Of a stretch of DNA of 64,000 nucleotides, positions 37,953 to 51,555 are shown piece after piece. Each line of letters opens with the position of its first letter. The first letter of the stretch is position 1. The notes under the pieces were generated by a model, which had not been told where the DNA came from, made no database searches, and was given only the letters and a program-made list of their open reading frames with translations. The stretch is taken from assembly GCA_002189035.1 (NCBI GenBank), contig NEEC01000012.1:2232001-2296000 (forward strand). The letters run 5' to 3'. A program made the position numbers and the translations under genes. The DNA is from Utricularia gibba. Its lineage: Eukaryota; Plantae; Magnoliophyta.

Positions 37953-38977
37953 TCAGAACAAGTCGGCAGTTTCTGCCATGGCGATGTCGATGAAGTCCCC
38001 AAACTGTCCCTGGTTGGCCCCGTCCTCCATGAGCCATTTATCGAATAATGCGATGGGCATTTGCGTCTGATCACTATTGTTCCTTCTTCCCTGATTCGGT
38101 CCGGAGTTTCCGATCTCGCACTTGACGCAGTCACCCCCGGAAAACGACTTCGTTTCGTCGGGACTCGAGGAGCAGAGGTTGACTCCGTCGTCGGAGTATT
38201 TCTCCGCGTCTACAGGCTTCTTCATCCAGTTCTGGAGAAGACGGGCAATGTTTTCGGCGTTCGAGGCGTACGACGAGGACGGCGTCGGAGGAGGATTCAT
38301 CATCTGGATCAAGGAGGGGGGATCGCTTTCGTCTGATTTCCCAAGCGCCAGCGCTTCGAAGAGCTCCCGCTTCGCGGTTTGAATGTCGGTCTGGAGCCTC
38401 CGCTCCCACTGGCCTTTGGCGCAGGAGGACGAAGACGAGGACTTGATGGGACCCCCGTCTTCAGAGGGATTCTGATCGCCCTTCATTACCTTCTTCTTCA
38501 GGTGCGTGTTCCAGTAGTTCTTGATATCATTATCCGTTCTCTGGGGAAGATACGCCGCTATCGCTGCCCATCTGCAGTAATGTTTTCTGATCACGTAACA
38601 GTAGAAAAAATAACTTCAGTCTGAACCTTTTTTTTTTTTACCTATTACCCAGAAGAGCTTGAAGATGAATAATTGTTTTCTCTTCTTGTTGGGAAAAATT
38701 CCCCGCCGTATCCCCGGTCGGAGATAGTTCGTCCACCGGAGCCGACAGCTCTTGCTACACCGGAGCAACCCTGAACCACAATTCCTCTTACTTAAAACCA
38801 GAAGAAGAGATCAAGATTCTCGAATCCTAAAATCGAAACCCCACCTGCGTTGGTAGGAACAGCTCTCCAATTCCCAGCACCATGTTGCTGTACATAAGAA
38901 ACAAGAAGTATATCTTCTTCAGGAGTCCATGGCCCTTTCTTCACCCCAATCTTCTCACAGCAAGGCGGCCTCCCCAT
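37953..38977 (-). CDS. R2R3-MYB subgroup 1 (MYB30/94/96/MYB306-like), 3 exons, apparent 1-bp frameshift in exon 2
   Basis: Exons 38977-38845, 38770-38642, 38571-37953. Motifs [65 protein letters not shown], and subgroup motif [16 protein letters not shown]. Exon 2 is 129 nt rather than the 130 needed. Confidence 0.93.
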
Positions 38978-41900
38978 TGAAACACCAAACAAAAAAACCC
39001 GTGAAAAAGAAACCTTCTGCTACTTTTTTTTTCTCACCAAAGTTTCAGTCGAGGAAAGACACAGAGGGAGTTCCAACTCAGAACCATAACTCGCAGATCA
39101 AAAATGGTGGGGTTTTGCTCCACAATCACATTGCGCGTGTATTTATTCACACAAAAAAGACAAGGGAGAGAGACTCGGGTTTCAACGTGGTCGTGTTGCA
39201 AGAGATGGATGGGACCTATAAGAGAACCAGTGCGATGATAATGAGCAAGCGGAGCCAGCAGCAGCATTTACTCCCCTGCTTGGGTCACAGAAGTCAGCTT
39301 CCCAAGTCACACTTCTCTGTCTTTCTATTCCCATCCATGTCTATCCACAAATTATTTTAGTCCCAATTACTCCTCCAGAGAATCTTTCCCTCACCCCTTT
39401 CATCAGAGACTATCATTGGACTCAGCAGGTAGATGGAGTTCTAGCCTCCCTCTTACACCATCTGTTAAACTAGATTCAACCCTTACTCTCACCATTATGC
39501 TATAATACATAATAACACATACTAAAATGAAAATAGAATAATAAAGTATATAAAAAACTATACATCACAATAATTAGTTGAATCTAATCTTTTCTAATGT
39601 GATTCATATTTGTTGTGTAATTGTATGGACTCGTATGAACCATGAGATCCTGAATTTCCCATCATCATCACATCAAGAAATGGAAGATTTAGTTCCCCAG
39701 ATCTTTGACTTGGGCGCTCGAGATCTCCTCGCTTCGAATGATACATACATAGATACATACATGTTACTAAGATAAGGATCATTAAATGTAAAGTCAAATG
39801 AAGGGTAATGAGTGACTTCTCTTTTATTGTAATCAACACTCCATAAATTTCCTAGGGAAGACAATAAAGGTTAAAAAAAACCTTCAATTTGAAAGCGACT
39901 TCCTTTGGAATTAATCCCTTTATTAAATTTTTTATTGAGGTAATAATTTATAATTATTTTCTTGAAGAATAATATAATATCGCACCGCAGCAGCCAGGGG
40001 ATTCTCCTTCCAATTACTCTCGTGATAAAGTCAACCAACTCCGTGTACGTTCACACCCTCACCTTCAAATCCCAGAAAATTAGACAAACTAGATGATGGT
40101 GAAAATTGTTATCTTATATATATATATATAATTAATCCTAGTATGTTAGAGATAATAAATCCTTCAAATCTTACCGGTTCAACCCTAATAACCCGAACCG
40201 TCAAAAGACTTGGACCGGATTTGTAAAAATAATTAATTTCAATATCTAAAGATTAGAATATTCATTTTTAGACATGATGGGAATTTGGTAATTTTGTTAC
40301 TTTGAAACAAAAAGGGTAATAATGAGTACAGCTGTGATGCATGTGTGCACATTACAGAGAAGAGAAATTTACGCGGTTATGGTGATATTCATTAAATATT
40401 AATAATATTATTATAATATGTGGATTAATATGTGTGGTGTCCCCATCCCAAAGGGAAAAAGGTAGATTAACAAAGTCAATATTCACCTCACCCCTTTCTC
40501 TTTCCGGTTCCCCGGCAAGGATCATGTGCACCTCTTTTCTATTACCGTAAATCAAGACTATCTTTCTATTAACTTTCCCCTTTTGTTTTTTTGTTTTTTG
40601 GCCGTAACATATTTTTTATTCTATTTTTGCTTTCAAATGATTTTTTTTTTTACTTTTAGAGGTGGAAAATAGCAAAATCAGTGATTTTTTTCAAAAATAA
40701 AAATAGATGATGAATTAGAAAAGTGGCTATATGTGAAAAGAATTATCACCCTATATGTATTTTTTTTTTATCTAAATGTATAAGATAGAATGTGATGATG
40801 GCCATTTTTCTAACAGATTGCTTGATAGTATAATATAGAATTTATACACTTAAGTTTACGCCTAAAATATTATTTGATTAATTAACATATGCATGTTAAC
40901 TTTGTATAACTATATCACTCATAAATTTATTTTTTTGAGTATATAAATGATATACAAATATGAACTAGTAGAAGGAAAACGGAAGTTAATAATATCTGCA
41001 TGTTTTCTCATTTATATCCCTTCTATTGTTATACCTCAATTATCAGATATGAAATACATAATTTGTTTTATATATTACAATTGATTATATATTTGCTCAA
41101 TTACTTAAATATTCCTTTGAAATCTACTCATCCTTCATTTCTCTCACACATACCACGTACAAAAAAATGAATACATGGTGGGTATATTTCTCACTCCCTC
41201 AAAACATAGTGGGTATTTTTCAAAAAAATCTCATTTAAATTATATGTGAATGGGATGGGAGATGGTATCTACTATCTAGGGATGGGGAGCCCTTAGGGGT
41301 TAGGGCTAGGGGAAGTACACTGTTGCTCTTTAGACTTCGGATTGGGTTCAAAAATTATTACATGCAACAAAATAGGTGAATAATTTCTTTTTCAAAAAAA
41401 AAAAAAAGAATATGTAATTAATGGAATTAAAATAGGACAGAGGCCCCCAATTATTCCGGGCGGCTTTTGGGGCAATAAGTAAGTGAAATTATTATGAACC
41501 CGTAGGCCTGATGTCAATTCCGTGTAATGTGACCAGTAATATAATATAAGGTGCTAAAATTGATGTCCAAAATATAATATTGATAATAACGTGTCACTCT
41601 TGTGACCTAAAAAGATGAGACAGAATAAAATACTTTATGAATGTTTTAAAATGCAAAATGAATGGAGTAAGTGGTTCTCATACATTCTTCGTGACATCTA
41701 ATATAATATGGTGTATATAAAAAAATGCAAATGATGATGTAACTGAAACGTTGAAATCATTAGCTTTCAGCTTATGTTTGATACCATTAGTTTTGTTATC
41801 AAATACTAGTAATTTTTATTCAATATAAATTTACAAGTTTTTGGAAAGATTCTCGAGGAGTAGAAGTTTATAAAAATAAAATCTAAATTAGTGTTACTCA

Positions 41901-44900
41901 TAAAGTATGAATCATTTATCATTTAAATTTCGACAACTTGTGCCTTTTCGGATCATGTAGCGTGAAATGCCAACTCCTTATGAGTTGAAAGTGTTCAACT
42001 TAATGATTAGATATATCAAATGAACATACGTATGAAATTTAAGTATAAAAAAATATAAATTCAATTCAATTAATTATTAATGATCTATAATTTCTTATAT
42101 ACTTGAATATTTTAATTTAATTTTTTCAATACGATATTACTTATTCTAATAGAAAAAATACTCATCTTTAAAACCTTTAGCATTAGTGTTGAAATCTTCC
42201 TTCACTCTCCTCCAAAGATTCGGCAGATCGCGTTTGGGGGACCATTCTCAAAGCCCCAGAGACTAACTTGGAAAACGAGAGGGGATACTCACCAATTTAG
42301 AAGCAATTCCGATGCCCAGAATGCTCCTGTTTTTCAAGGTGTTGCAGAGCAATTGAAAACGCAGTGAAAAACTCGATGCACCAATGCATGAAACTAGTTG
42401 TTGAAAACCCATCTCAAACTACCTGCTGCACACACCATCTGCGAATTTCAACTACCTTTTTAAAGTTAATTCTGTTATTAGTTTAAAAATTACTTCTATT
42501 TTCAAAACATATATTCAATTATCTTCTTTTAAAAATGATTCTTGAGAATTGATTCAACATTTGTATTAAAGTTATGAGTAGAGTTTCTCCATGAAAATTG
42601 ATTTTTTATAATTGATTGTTGATATACATGTATAAATATATCCCTATTGTGTATAAAATAATTATAATTAATATTTTTTTAAAATAAATGCTAATTTTTT
42701 TAATAAAATATTAAAATTATTAGTATAATATACATGATAAAATATAGATTTATAAAATACAATTTTTAAAAATATAAATAAATATATCATTTTATTATAC
42801 AAACTACTTGTTATTTTTTTGAATTTAAAAAATGAATCAATTATATAATGATCATTCTAAACATAATAATTTCAAACATATATCAATTTTTTCATTTCAA
42901 TTTTACCTTAATTTTTACGAATAAGACGAGCGATATGAACAGAAATTCTGTTGCGTGAAGGTGAACCTTGACACACCACCATCCTTTCATCAAAATCCTT
43001 CATTGAAATGTAACTCCAAGCTTTGTTTCACCTGCAACAGATTCTTTACCCAGCCCACGTTGCATCCCGAGCATTTGGTTTGCGGTGGTTTCCGGAGTGA
43101 GACAGCCGCCGCGGGGCGGAGGAAGCCATGGGTTGGAAGGTAAGGACCACCGGAACCCCTTCCAATACGCTAAATGCACAACACAAGTAGGCGTCGTGGA
43201 TAAAGTCCTGGCTACCAATTTGCGTTGTCGGACCCATCGCATCGGATTCCGCCGACGAGGACGAAGCGGTCCACTCCCAGAAAAAACCCAGTCAAGATTG
43301 TCATGCCGGACTTATCATTGAAGAAGTACTGGTGGTGTGTTCATTGAGTTCTCGATTAATCTTGTAGCTTTCAAAAGCGTTCCGTATCCGAATCATGACT
43401 CTGTTGTTTTGATGGATTCTCTAGAAAAAGACGAATTATGAGAGACAAGATGTAGTTGCCACAGTTTCTATTAAAACAAATAATGTTATATTAACATGTG
43501 AAAATGAAATAATCAATTATATAAAAAATTATGAATCATTTAAAAACAGTAGTATTTATTATTTTCTAATATGATTCACGATTTATTGTTTACTTGAATT
43601 TTATAAATGCTCTTTCAATCTATCAAATTTTTAATTTCAACAGTTTTAACATGCTACACACTAAAGTTCAAAGGACGAACAACAATAAGGGTGTATTGGA
43701 GGTATCAACTACGAATTGAAAGCTTTCAAACCTGTGTTTTTTTCTTCTTGCAACACATGGTGTTGCGCTGCAACTGCTCTTATTCTTTGGCTGCGAGTCC
43801 ATATCAACAACAGCCGAAGCAGGTTTCCTTTCCTTCTCAAACAAACACCTTTCTAAACCCTACTTGAACTATTTGTGAAAATAAAACCAGGGTTGCTTTC
43901 TTACCTTGCTCTGATTTCCGCGAACCCCATGTGTGTTTCGGGCATCTGGTCCATGGAAATACTTCTTCAAAGATTCTCGTGTTTCATCATCGATTCAACT
44001 CACTCCATTTTTCTACGTGTCTCGACAGTTTCGGGACCGTTTTAGACATATTACAACAGGGGTTCCATTCGAGCATCTTTAGCAGCGAATAAAACTGTCC
44101 ACACTCGATGTGAACGAGTCCTGACACGCACGGTGCGGGGACACGGGGAGTAGCAGTCCCCCTATTCGAAAATGTATGATGCCAGTCTCAACGTACCCAA
44201 ACTTCATCCATCACCATCAATAAAAACTTTATATTTTTATTTGGGAAATTAATGAGAATAGTCCCCGAATTTTGACATAATTGCTAAATAAGTCCCCCAA
44301 GAGTTACATTTTGCATCAATTTAAATCATCAAATACATTAATTCATAGCATCATGATCATCAATTATTCATTTTAATCTAGAAGAAAATAGAATTACTAA
44401 AGATTATTTTGGGCCCATTCTGTATTTTTCATTTTTTTGAAGTGATTTTATTTAATTATTGAAAATTTTAATATTTTACTATTTTATAGTAAAATAAAAA
44501 ATTGCGATACTTTGATTAATTCATAAATTATTGAATTTTTTAAATCTATGTTTCAAAGATTAAATAAGAGATTAATTAGAAAAATTATACTATTCAATTT
44601 TTTATTTATTCTAAAATACACTTATACCATAACATTAAATTATACAATAATTTAATATATTAAACATTACAATATATATTTTATTTTATTCAGTTCTATA
44701 ATATCATTTTATATTATTCCATAAAACAATTATATAATCTCAAATCGATTCTATTCTATGAAGAACAGATCTGAATTAGAGAACAGACATCTTATTCGCA
44801 TGAAAATTGGATTCGAACATCTTTAGCAGTAGAATATGTTTTGACTTGGCACGTTCTTGCACAGTAGAAAACGATTACGGCACAATTAATTTATTCAAGG

Positions 44901-46556
44901 CATTTTGTTGCGTGTGTTTTTTGAAAACTATTTATGTCCTTTTCCTTTTTTTTATCTGTCGGAAATAAACAAAAAAATGCACAATTTAATATTAAAAAAT
45001 TCAAGAAATTAAAAAAAAATCGCAAAACTAGAGGCACCCACGGGTTTGGATGTTTCAATGGATTTGAAACAGTGCTTCAAGTACCATAAGCACATGAATT
45101 TAATCATGATATAATTATTAGCTAAATATAGACTAATCCTAGTAGCATTTTAATAATTATATTTACTAAAAATATACCATGAATAATAAGATATATTTAA
45201 TTACATCTACATTTCATTTAAATATAATATAAAAATCAATACAATTTAATAAAAAATAATTACGTACCTCAAGCTTTTAAAATCTTGAATATTTCTTATG
45301 TATAAAATGTACATTAAGAGTTAGTTTTATTGTATATAAAATTTATGTTAATTGAATATTTAATAAATACTAATATTTACTATTACAAATTAAATATTTG
45401 AATATATTTTATTTAAATCATATGTATATTTATATCAGTTAATCTTATAGTATTTTTTTCTAAAATAACACCTCTATAAAACATATTTATGTTTTTCATT
45501 ATTGATTTTTATGTAAATTAACTTTAATTATATTTAACATAACCAAAATCACACATTATACAGTTCTTTTATGACCTTTATTTTTTATAATATATTATTT
45601 ATATCGAATATTTAATTATTACGATTTTATTTTATTCTTTCGAAAATATATATATATCGTATAAAATTATAAGAATCTCTATATATAATCATGTATTTTT
45701 ATTCATTCTGAGATATCGGTATTATCACAAATTACACAAACCAGGCTTAAATGGTGGTATACAATTGCAATCAGTTGAGTCATTGTGGGGGAGTTTCTCT
45801 CTCTCGTTTTCTTAAATATAGCTCTCAATCGGTGTTACATTATTTGTAATAATTCAGACACGTGCCCATTTATTTCTAATTTTGTACGTAAGCAAGATGT
45901 CATTTGTTAATCATGAGGTGTGTGCACTAATCTTCTAGTTATCTACTTCACTTGATACATTATCAAAATAGACAAAAAAAACAACATTTTTCAAACAGTT
46001 GATTACCTGATTTAATGATTTTTGGCATTGCATTCGAACTACCAACGGCAACATAACGAACACACAAATACATGAAATAATATAACAAGTCAGTGTTCGA
46101 AATCTACACCTGATCCAGAAATATCTGAGTGGGCCCAATGGGCATACCCTCTTCACCAAGTTGTACCTCATAACACCACCACGCACATAGATACCGACCC
46201 AATACCAAAGAATTTGTCAACGAGACCATCGTCTGAGAAAATTTGAATTATATTATTTAAGATAAAAAAAAGTAGTTTGGACGATATACTACTTTGATTA
46301 CGGGCAAGAAAAAATATGTGTTTAAATAACGAGATTCTCCTAACATAGTATAATATATATTTTTTGAAAATATAGTTGAGTATTTGAAATGAATAATATT
46401 GTATGAATCTAGAGTGAGATTGCGACATTTGGTATTTCATTTGTGCATCTAAATGGATGAAGAGCGAAGCACACTGTGAGAAATATCTGAAAGTAATTTG
46501 CAAGAATCCATAACAACAATTGTAGCATTATGAATGAAATATGGATTATACACTTA

Positions 46557-46982
46557 GGGTGCATTTAGTTAATAGGAATATAGTGAGGTGGTTTTATATT
46601 AATGAGGATTAGATCAAGTAGGGTGAGATGGGATATCATTTTTTATTGTGTTTGATTAATTAGTATGAGATTATATTATACTGTGTTCAGTTAATAGTAT
46701 TAAAATATATTAGATTAAAAAAATACATTACTAAAATACCCTCTTGGAATTTAAGTCTTTTATTTCCTAAAAATAAATATGGATGGAAGATAAGGTTAGT
46801 TTTGTAAAATCATATTATGAGATTAGATAAAGTAAGGGAGTGTGGTTACTTTATATAATCCCATTAAAAAGGATTTATCAAATCCATGTAGAATTCTGGA
46901 AGCTATAAACATGCAAATCAAACACAGTAACATCTCATATGTATTAATTAATCATCTATTATACTCCCAACTAAATACTACC
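46557..46982. mobile_element. Tourist/PIF-Harbinger-like MITE (about 426 bp)
   Basis: TTA on both flanks (46554-56 and 46983-85). Imperfect TIR GGGTGCATTTAGTT / AACTAAATACTACC. Internal inverted pair ATTGTGTTTGATT / AATCAAACACAGT. Confidence 0.6.
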
Positions 46983-47729
46983 TTAATCACACAGTATGCA
47001 TTTAATGGGGTTTTTGGTTATTGAGATATTAGTACACAAAATGACAGAGGACAATGACAATTGCTTGTGCAAGCGCACTTGTTCCTCATTGGTTCAAAAT
47101 CAAATTATGGGGGCACTATGTTTTACTTATCAGCTACCAATTAATGAAAATTTTATTATTTTTTTAAATGATTATTGAAAATAATAATCAAAATTGGCAT
47201 CCCAAGTTGTCCTTTTTATAATAACAATTGGACCTCTGAGCTCAGCAAGTGATGTTTGTAAGGAAATCATCAGTGTCCGAACGAGAGAACCCAGAAGTGC
47301 CCTCCATCTTAAAGGCAAGCTAACGCCACGAGTGCGTTGAATTCGGCTTCCAGAATTGGGCCGGCCCAGAAACCGAACCCAAACTGGATTCTAGATAATT
47401 AATAAGAATTGGTTTAAAAGGATGTTGTTATCAATTTGTTTTTATTAAATTATAAATGTATATTTCATAAAGGAAAAATACATTATATTATGGATATTTT
47501 AATAATATTTTATAATATAAACGGGCTGGGCCGGTCCAACTTGTGTAAAGTCCATCAATATCGAGTCCAGAATCACTTTCGCGGGTCGAAGAATTTTATT
47601 TTATTTTACAGTTGTTAATAGAGATAATTTATTTTAAATTCAATCTACATGTCATAAAAAATAGAGAAAGAATTTACGGATTTACAAGGTAGAGAACAGT
47701 CCCATGTGACGAAATTATTTTGCAAGAAA

Positions 47730-47741
47730 GTGGGGCCCCAC
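47730..47741. promoter_or_regulatory. Perfect palindrome GTGGGGCCCCAC, matching the class I TCP site (GTGGGNCC) on both strands, upstream of the TCP gene
   Basis: Read directly. A G-box CACGTG lies at about 47773. Confidence 0.5.
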
Positions 47742-48876
47742 TCTTGTCTTTTTGATAAAAAAAGAAGCACCTCACGTGGAGTTCTGAATCCCCGAACCCC
47801 GCATGTCTGTCCTCTCTGCCAGTTTTTTTCACATAAAATTGGTCGTCATTAGTCGAGTTTCCAAAATAATTTTCCAGATTTTTCTATTGACGGAGAATAA
47901 CTTATTTTATACTAATTTTAATATTCAAGGATTTCACACAAATTTGTATGAGTATAAACCATGCTTTGCATGACCAAAACCTTAAAAAAATGGGTAAGAG
48001 CAACAAAGTTGTTGGGGGCATTGAGTTCTTTGGAGAGCATGAACCCTAAACACAAGGTGGGGAAACATAGTATGAAATGAAGAAAATATTGTATTATCAC
48101 TGTAAAGTGATTCAATTCATCCCTTAACATATTCGAAACAGACAATATCGTGGTTTTAAAAACATGGAAAAGGGTTGTGCTAAAGAAATGTAGTATGCAA
48201 GATCCCTATTCAATGCCATGTAATATGAAGTAGGATCCTCTGTTGTGAGGGGGAAACAAAAGCTCCTGTCCAATGAGCATTACCAATATCAATACCCGGT
48301 TTTGAATCGATAAGTTTAATTGATTAACTAGAAACGTTTTAATAATCTTCTTCAACATGAATTGATGGGATTTAAAACCCGGTCCTTGCATAACTGCAGC
48401 TTGTGATTCCATTCCGTACAAGATGGGGTTGGAAATTTGAGTGGATGTTGCGAAGTTAGCACATGTTTTTTGTTTTGAAGTTTTATTTTATGTTACTATG
48501 TGACCGTAAATTTGAAATATTTACAGTCACATATAGGCATTGAATTTTATTTAAATTAAATAATACTACATCGAGATTTAAAAATAAAATAATTAATTAT
48601 TTAAAAAATTATAAATCAATGGTAATCAATTAAGGTATAACAATATGATATATGTTTATTGTATACTTAGAATTTACATATATTCCATTCACATATTGAA
48701 TTCTTAATTTCAAAAGAGGTTGGTTAGGGAATTGGGTTTGGTAGTAGATATTTGCCGGATAGTCTTGTGATTTGTATATATTTGTTTTGGTGGAGAAAAA
48801 AAAATGGAAAGTGAGGTTTTCAAAGTGGGGCTCAATAATTCTACTCTTTTTTTCCACCTTTTGTTGGGACGTGATC

Positions 48877-49922
48877 ATGGACGCCTCGGACGATCACCAC
48901 CACCACCACCGTCTCACCCGAGCTCCGGCAACCGCCCTAGTTTCCCCTTTCAGTTGCTGGACAAGAACAACGACGGCTGCTCTGGCTCTGCAGATACACT
49001 CTGCGCTACGCCGACTGCTAGGAAACACGTTACACAGCAGATTGATGACGGTGAATCGACGAAAAAGCCGCCGGTAAAACGTACGTGCTCGAAGGACCGC
49101 CATACGAAGGTTGATGGGCGGGGGCGGCGTATCCGGATGCCGGCCCTTTGCGCTGCGAGGGTTTTTCAGCTGACGAAGGAGTTGGGGCATAAATCTGACG
49201 GTGAAACCATTGAGTGGCTGCTACAGCAGGCGGAGCCAGCGGTAATTGCGGCAACCGGAACCGGTACAATCCCGGCAAACTTCACTTCACTTAATATCTC
49301 TTTACGTAGCTCAGGTTCCACGATTTCGTTGCCTTCCCAGTTGAGATCTTCATATTTGAGTTCTAGTTACGGCCTTCCTCAGAGAAGGGGGGTATTTGTT
49401 TCGCCGGAAGATTCATCTCAAACAGCGGCGTCGTTGAGTTTTAACGGCGCTGGAAGCAGCGTAAACCCTAATATGAAGCATGAAAACCTACCCGAAACGA
49501 CGTCGCAGTCGAGTGTCCATCATCAGATAGGGAGCTATTTGTTGCAATCCTCAGCTGGAGCTCTGCCGACCAGCCACGCCTCAGTTCCGGCGAACTTTTT
49601 CATGGTTGACAACTCCAGTAACAGCCAAATAATAATCGGGGATCCCGTACGGACGTTCCCTCCAGTTAACGGCACCGCTTCTAGAGCAAGTATGCATTTC
49701 ATGAATTTCCCGGCAGCGGTGGCGCTGCTGCAAAGTCAACAGATGAGCGGCGGCAGTGGTAGCGGGATCGGAGAGGGGCCATGGAGCATACTGGGACCCG
49801 GTCTTTTGAACCCGTATCGAGGAGGCGCAGGCGGTGGAGGCGGTGGAATCTCGGGGTCCCCGGCAAGTAGAGACGACGGTGGCGGCGATAACCGGCAAGA
49901 CGGAGGCAACCGCCATTCCTAA
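48877..49922 (+). CDS. Class I TCP transcription factor (TCP14/15-like), single exon; native start probably 48877 with an apparent 1-bp frameshift near 48910 (the ORF track opens it at 48804)
   Basis: TCP domain [44 protein letters not shown], followed by [15 protein letters not shown]. The N-terminal RPSFPFQLL motif is in the main frame, while [11 protein letters not shown] is in the adjacent frame. Confidence 0.93.
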
Positions 49923-51313
49923 TTCCCCAAGCTTGTCTACTTGGATATGCAAATCACTCTCTAAGAGCCCCCTTCATGAATTTGCCCTAGAATTTCATTA
50001 CCCCTCAATTATCATCAATGTAAATTAGGGCAACTCCAAGCAACTACAGCAATGATTAGTTTTCATTGCAAATTCAGTTTTGTTTGAATTTGTAATATGA
50101 AATCAATTTAGAGACCCCCACCTTGTGGAATATTGAAAATCGATTATCCTTTTTTTCAAACAAAATTCTTTCCATCATCATTAACATGTAATATTTAGTT
50201 GTACACCCATCAATGATTTTATACTTGAGTGTAAAATTGTATAAAGAATTTTAACCTAACACATCCCATACTTGTGGACATTGTTGAATTAAAGATTAGA
50301 TGGGTTTGAGTAATTAAATGTAAAGTCTAAATATACAAAAAACATGAATCACATTATAAATTATTAAATACGATCAATTATTAATGATCTATAATTTATT
50401 ATAATACTTTACTTTAAAATCTATTTTTCTAATAGACGACAATTATTTATTACCACACGCATAAGTAAGTGAAAAAGTGTGGGGTTTCTATCTAAAGATT
50501 CAACCTCGAAACCTTGAATACAACCGTTTGACCCACATCCTGCACCCCATGTCTAACCTAAGCTAACCTAGCCTCTACTTCCGGAAAGCCAAGAACTTTT
50601 GAATCTAGTCAAAACTAGCAGAGACAGATCATGGTTATACATACCATGCGTTACCATTCCTTATTTAAAAAAACAAAAAAAATGAACTTTAAGAACAGCT
50701 TAGGTTGTGCAATGAGCAGGTTAATGAATCCTTGTCCTTTCCTTACAAAACAGACTCGTGCAACTCACAAATTCGTATTCCGTTAGATCGTACCATGAAG
50801 ATTCACCATTGCCTTGTTTGTTGTCTATATCACGGCATCGATCAGAAATATTGGGAGAACCAGGCTAGTGTTATATTTATTAGAACAAACAATTATACAT
50901 GATTGTAAAATGAAATAATTAAGTATATAATAAATTATTAGTTATTAATTAGATCTAATTTTTTTATATATATAATCTATATTTATTATGTATTTAAATT
51001 TCAAATATGATATCCATCAGATCTTTAATTTTAACAATATTCCCTGTATATGTGATAAAAAAATATGAAAAATCATATTTAACACGAGTCCCCATAATTA
51101 AAATCTCTTACACTTAAACAGTTTGGCTCGAAAATTTGTTCATATTCCGCCTCTCATTTGTGTTTATATGGATTCGTGGCGTATGATGTTGAAAGTGTGT
51201 TTTGATAGTGGTTTAGGAGACGATGAACAATAGCATTGTGCACATTGATGTACCACCGTTGAATAACAATTTTTAAAAAATTAAAGAAAAAAAAACTGCT
51301 TTTTGTAAAGTGG

Positions 51314-51555
51314 GTGGGCCCCGGGTAATTGCTGAAGTGGGTCCCGATCTTATCACCTCACACATCGTCGGCTGAGCGGTGGGCCACCACGTCTGATCTT
51401 AACGGTTGTCAATTTCTATTTTATTTTTATTTTATGTGGTGGGAAAACAAAGGATGGTTAAAAAAAAGCAAGCCCCACAGCGCGTCATCAAGTCGGGGGT
51501 GGGCTCCTGGGGCCCACACATGTTTCGTTTCGGACCGTCGCTCCGATGTGGGCCC
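51314..51555. promoter_or_regulatory. Cluster of class I TCP consensus sites downstream of the TCP gene
   Basis: GTGGGCCC 51314, GTGGGTCC 51337, GGGCCCAC 51510, GTGGGCCC 51548, plus near-matches at 51379 and about 51499, in a GC-rich island. Confidence 0.5.

Noticed and set aside
45935-46503. Two adjacent minus-strand ORFs (83 and 111 aa)
   Set aside because: They are AT-rich, Ile/Phe/Tyr-biased translations typical of non-coding DNA, with no domain motifs.
48355-48425. tRNA T-arm-like CCGGGTTTTAAATCCC on the minus strand
   Set aside because: There is no cloverleaf, A box or poly-A tail, so it does not support a tRNA or SINE.
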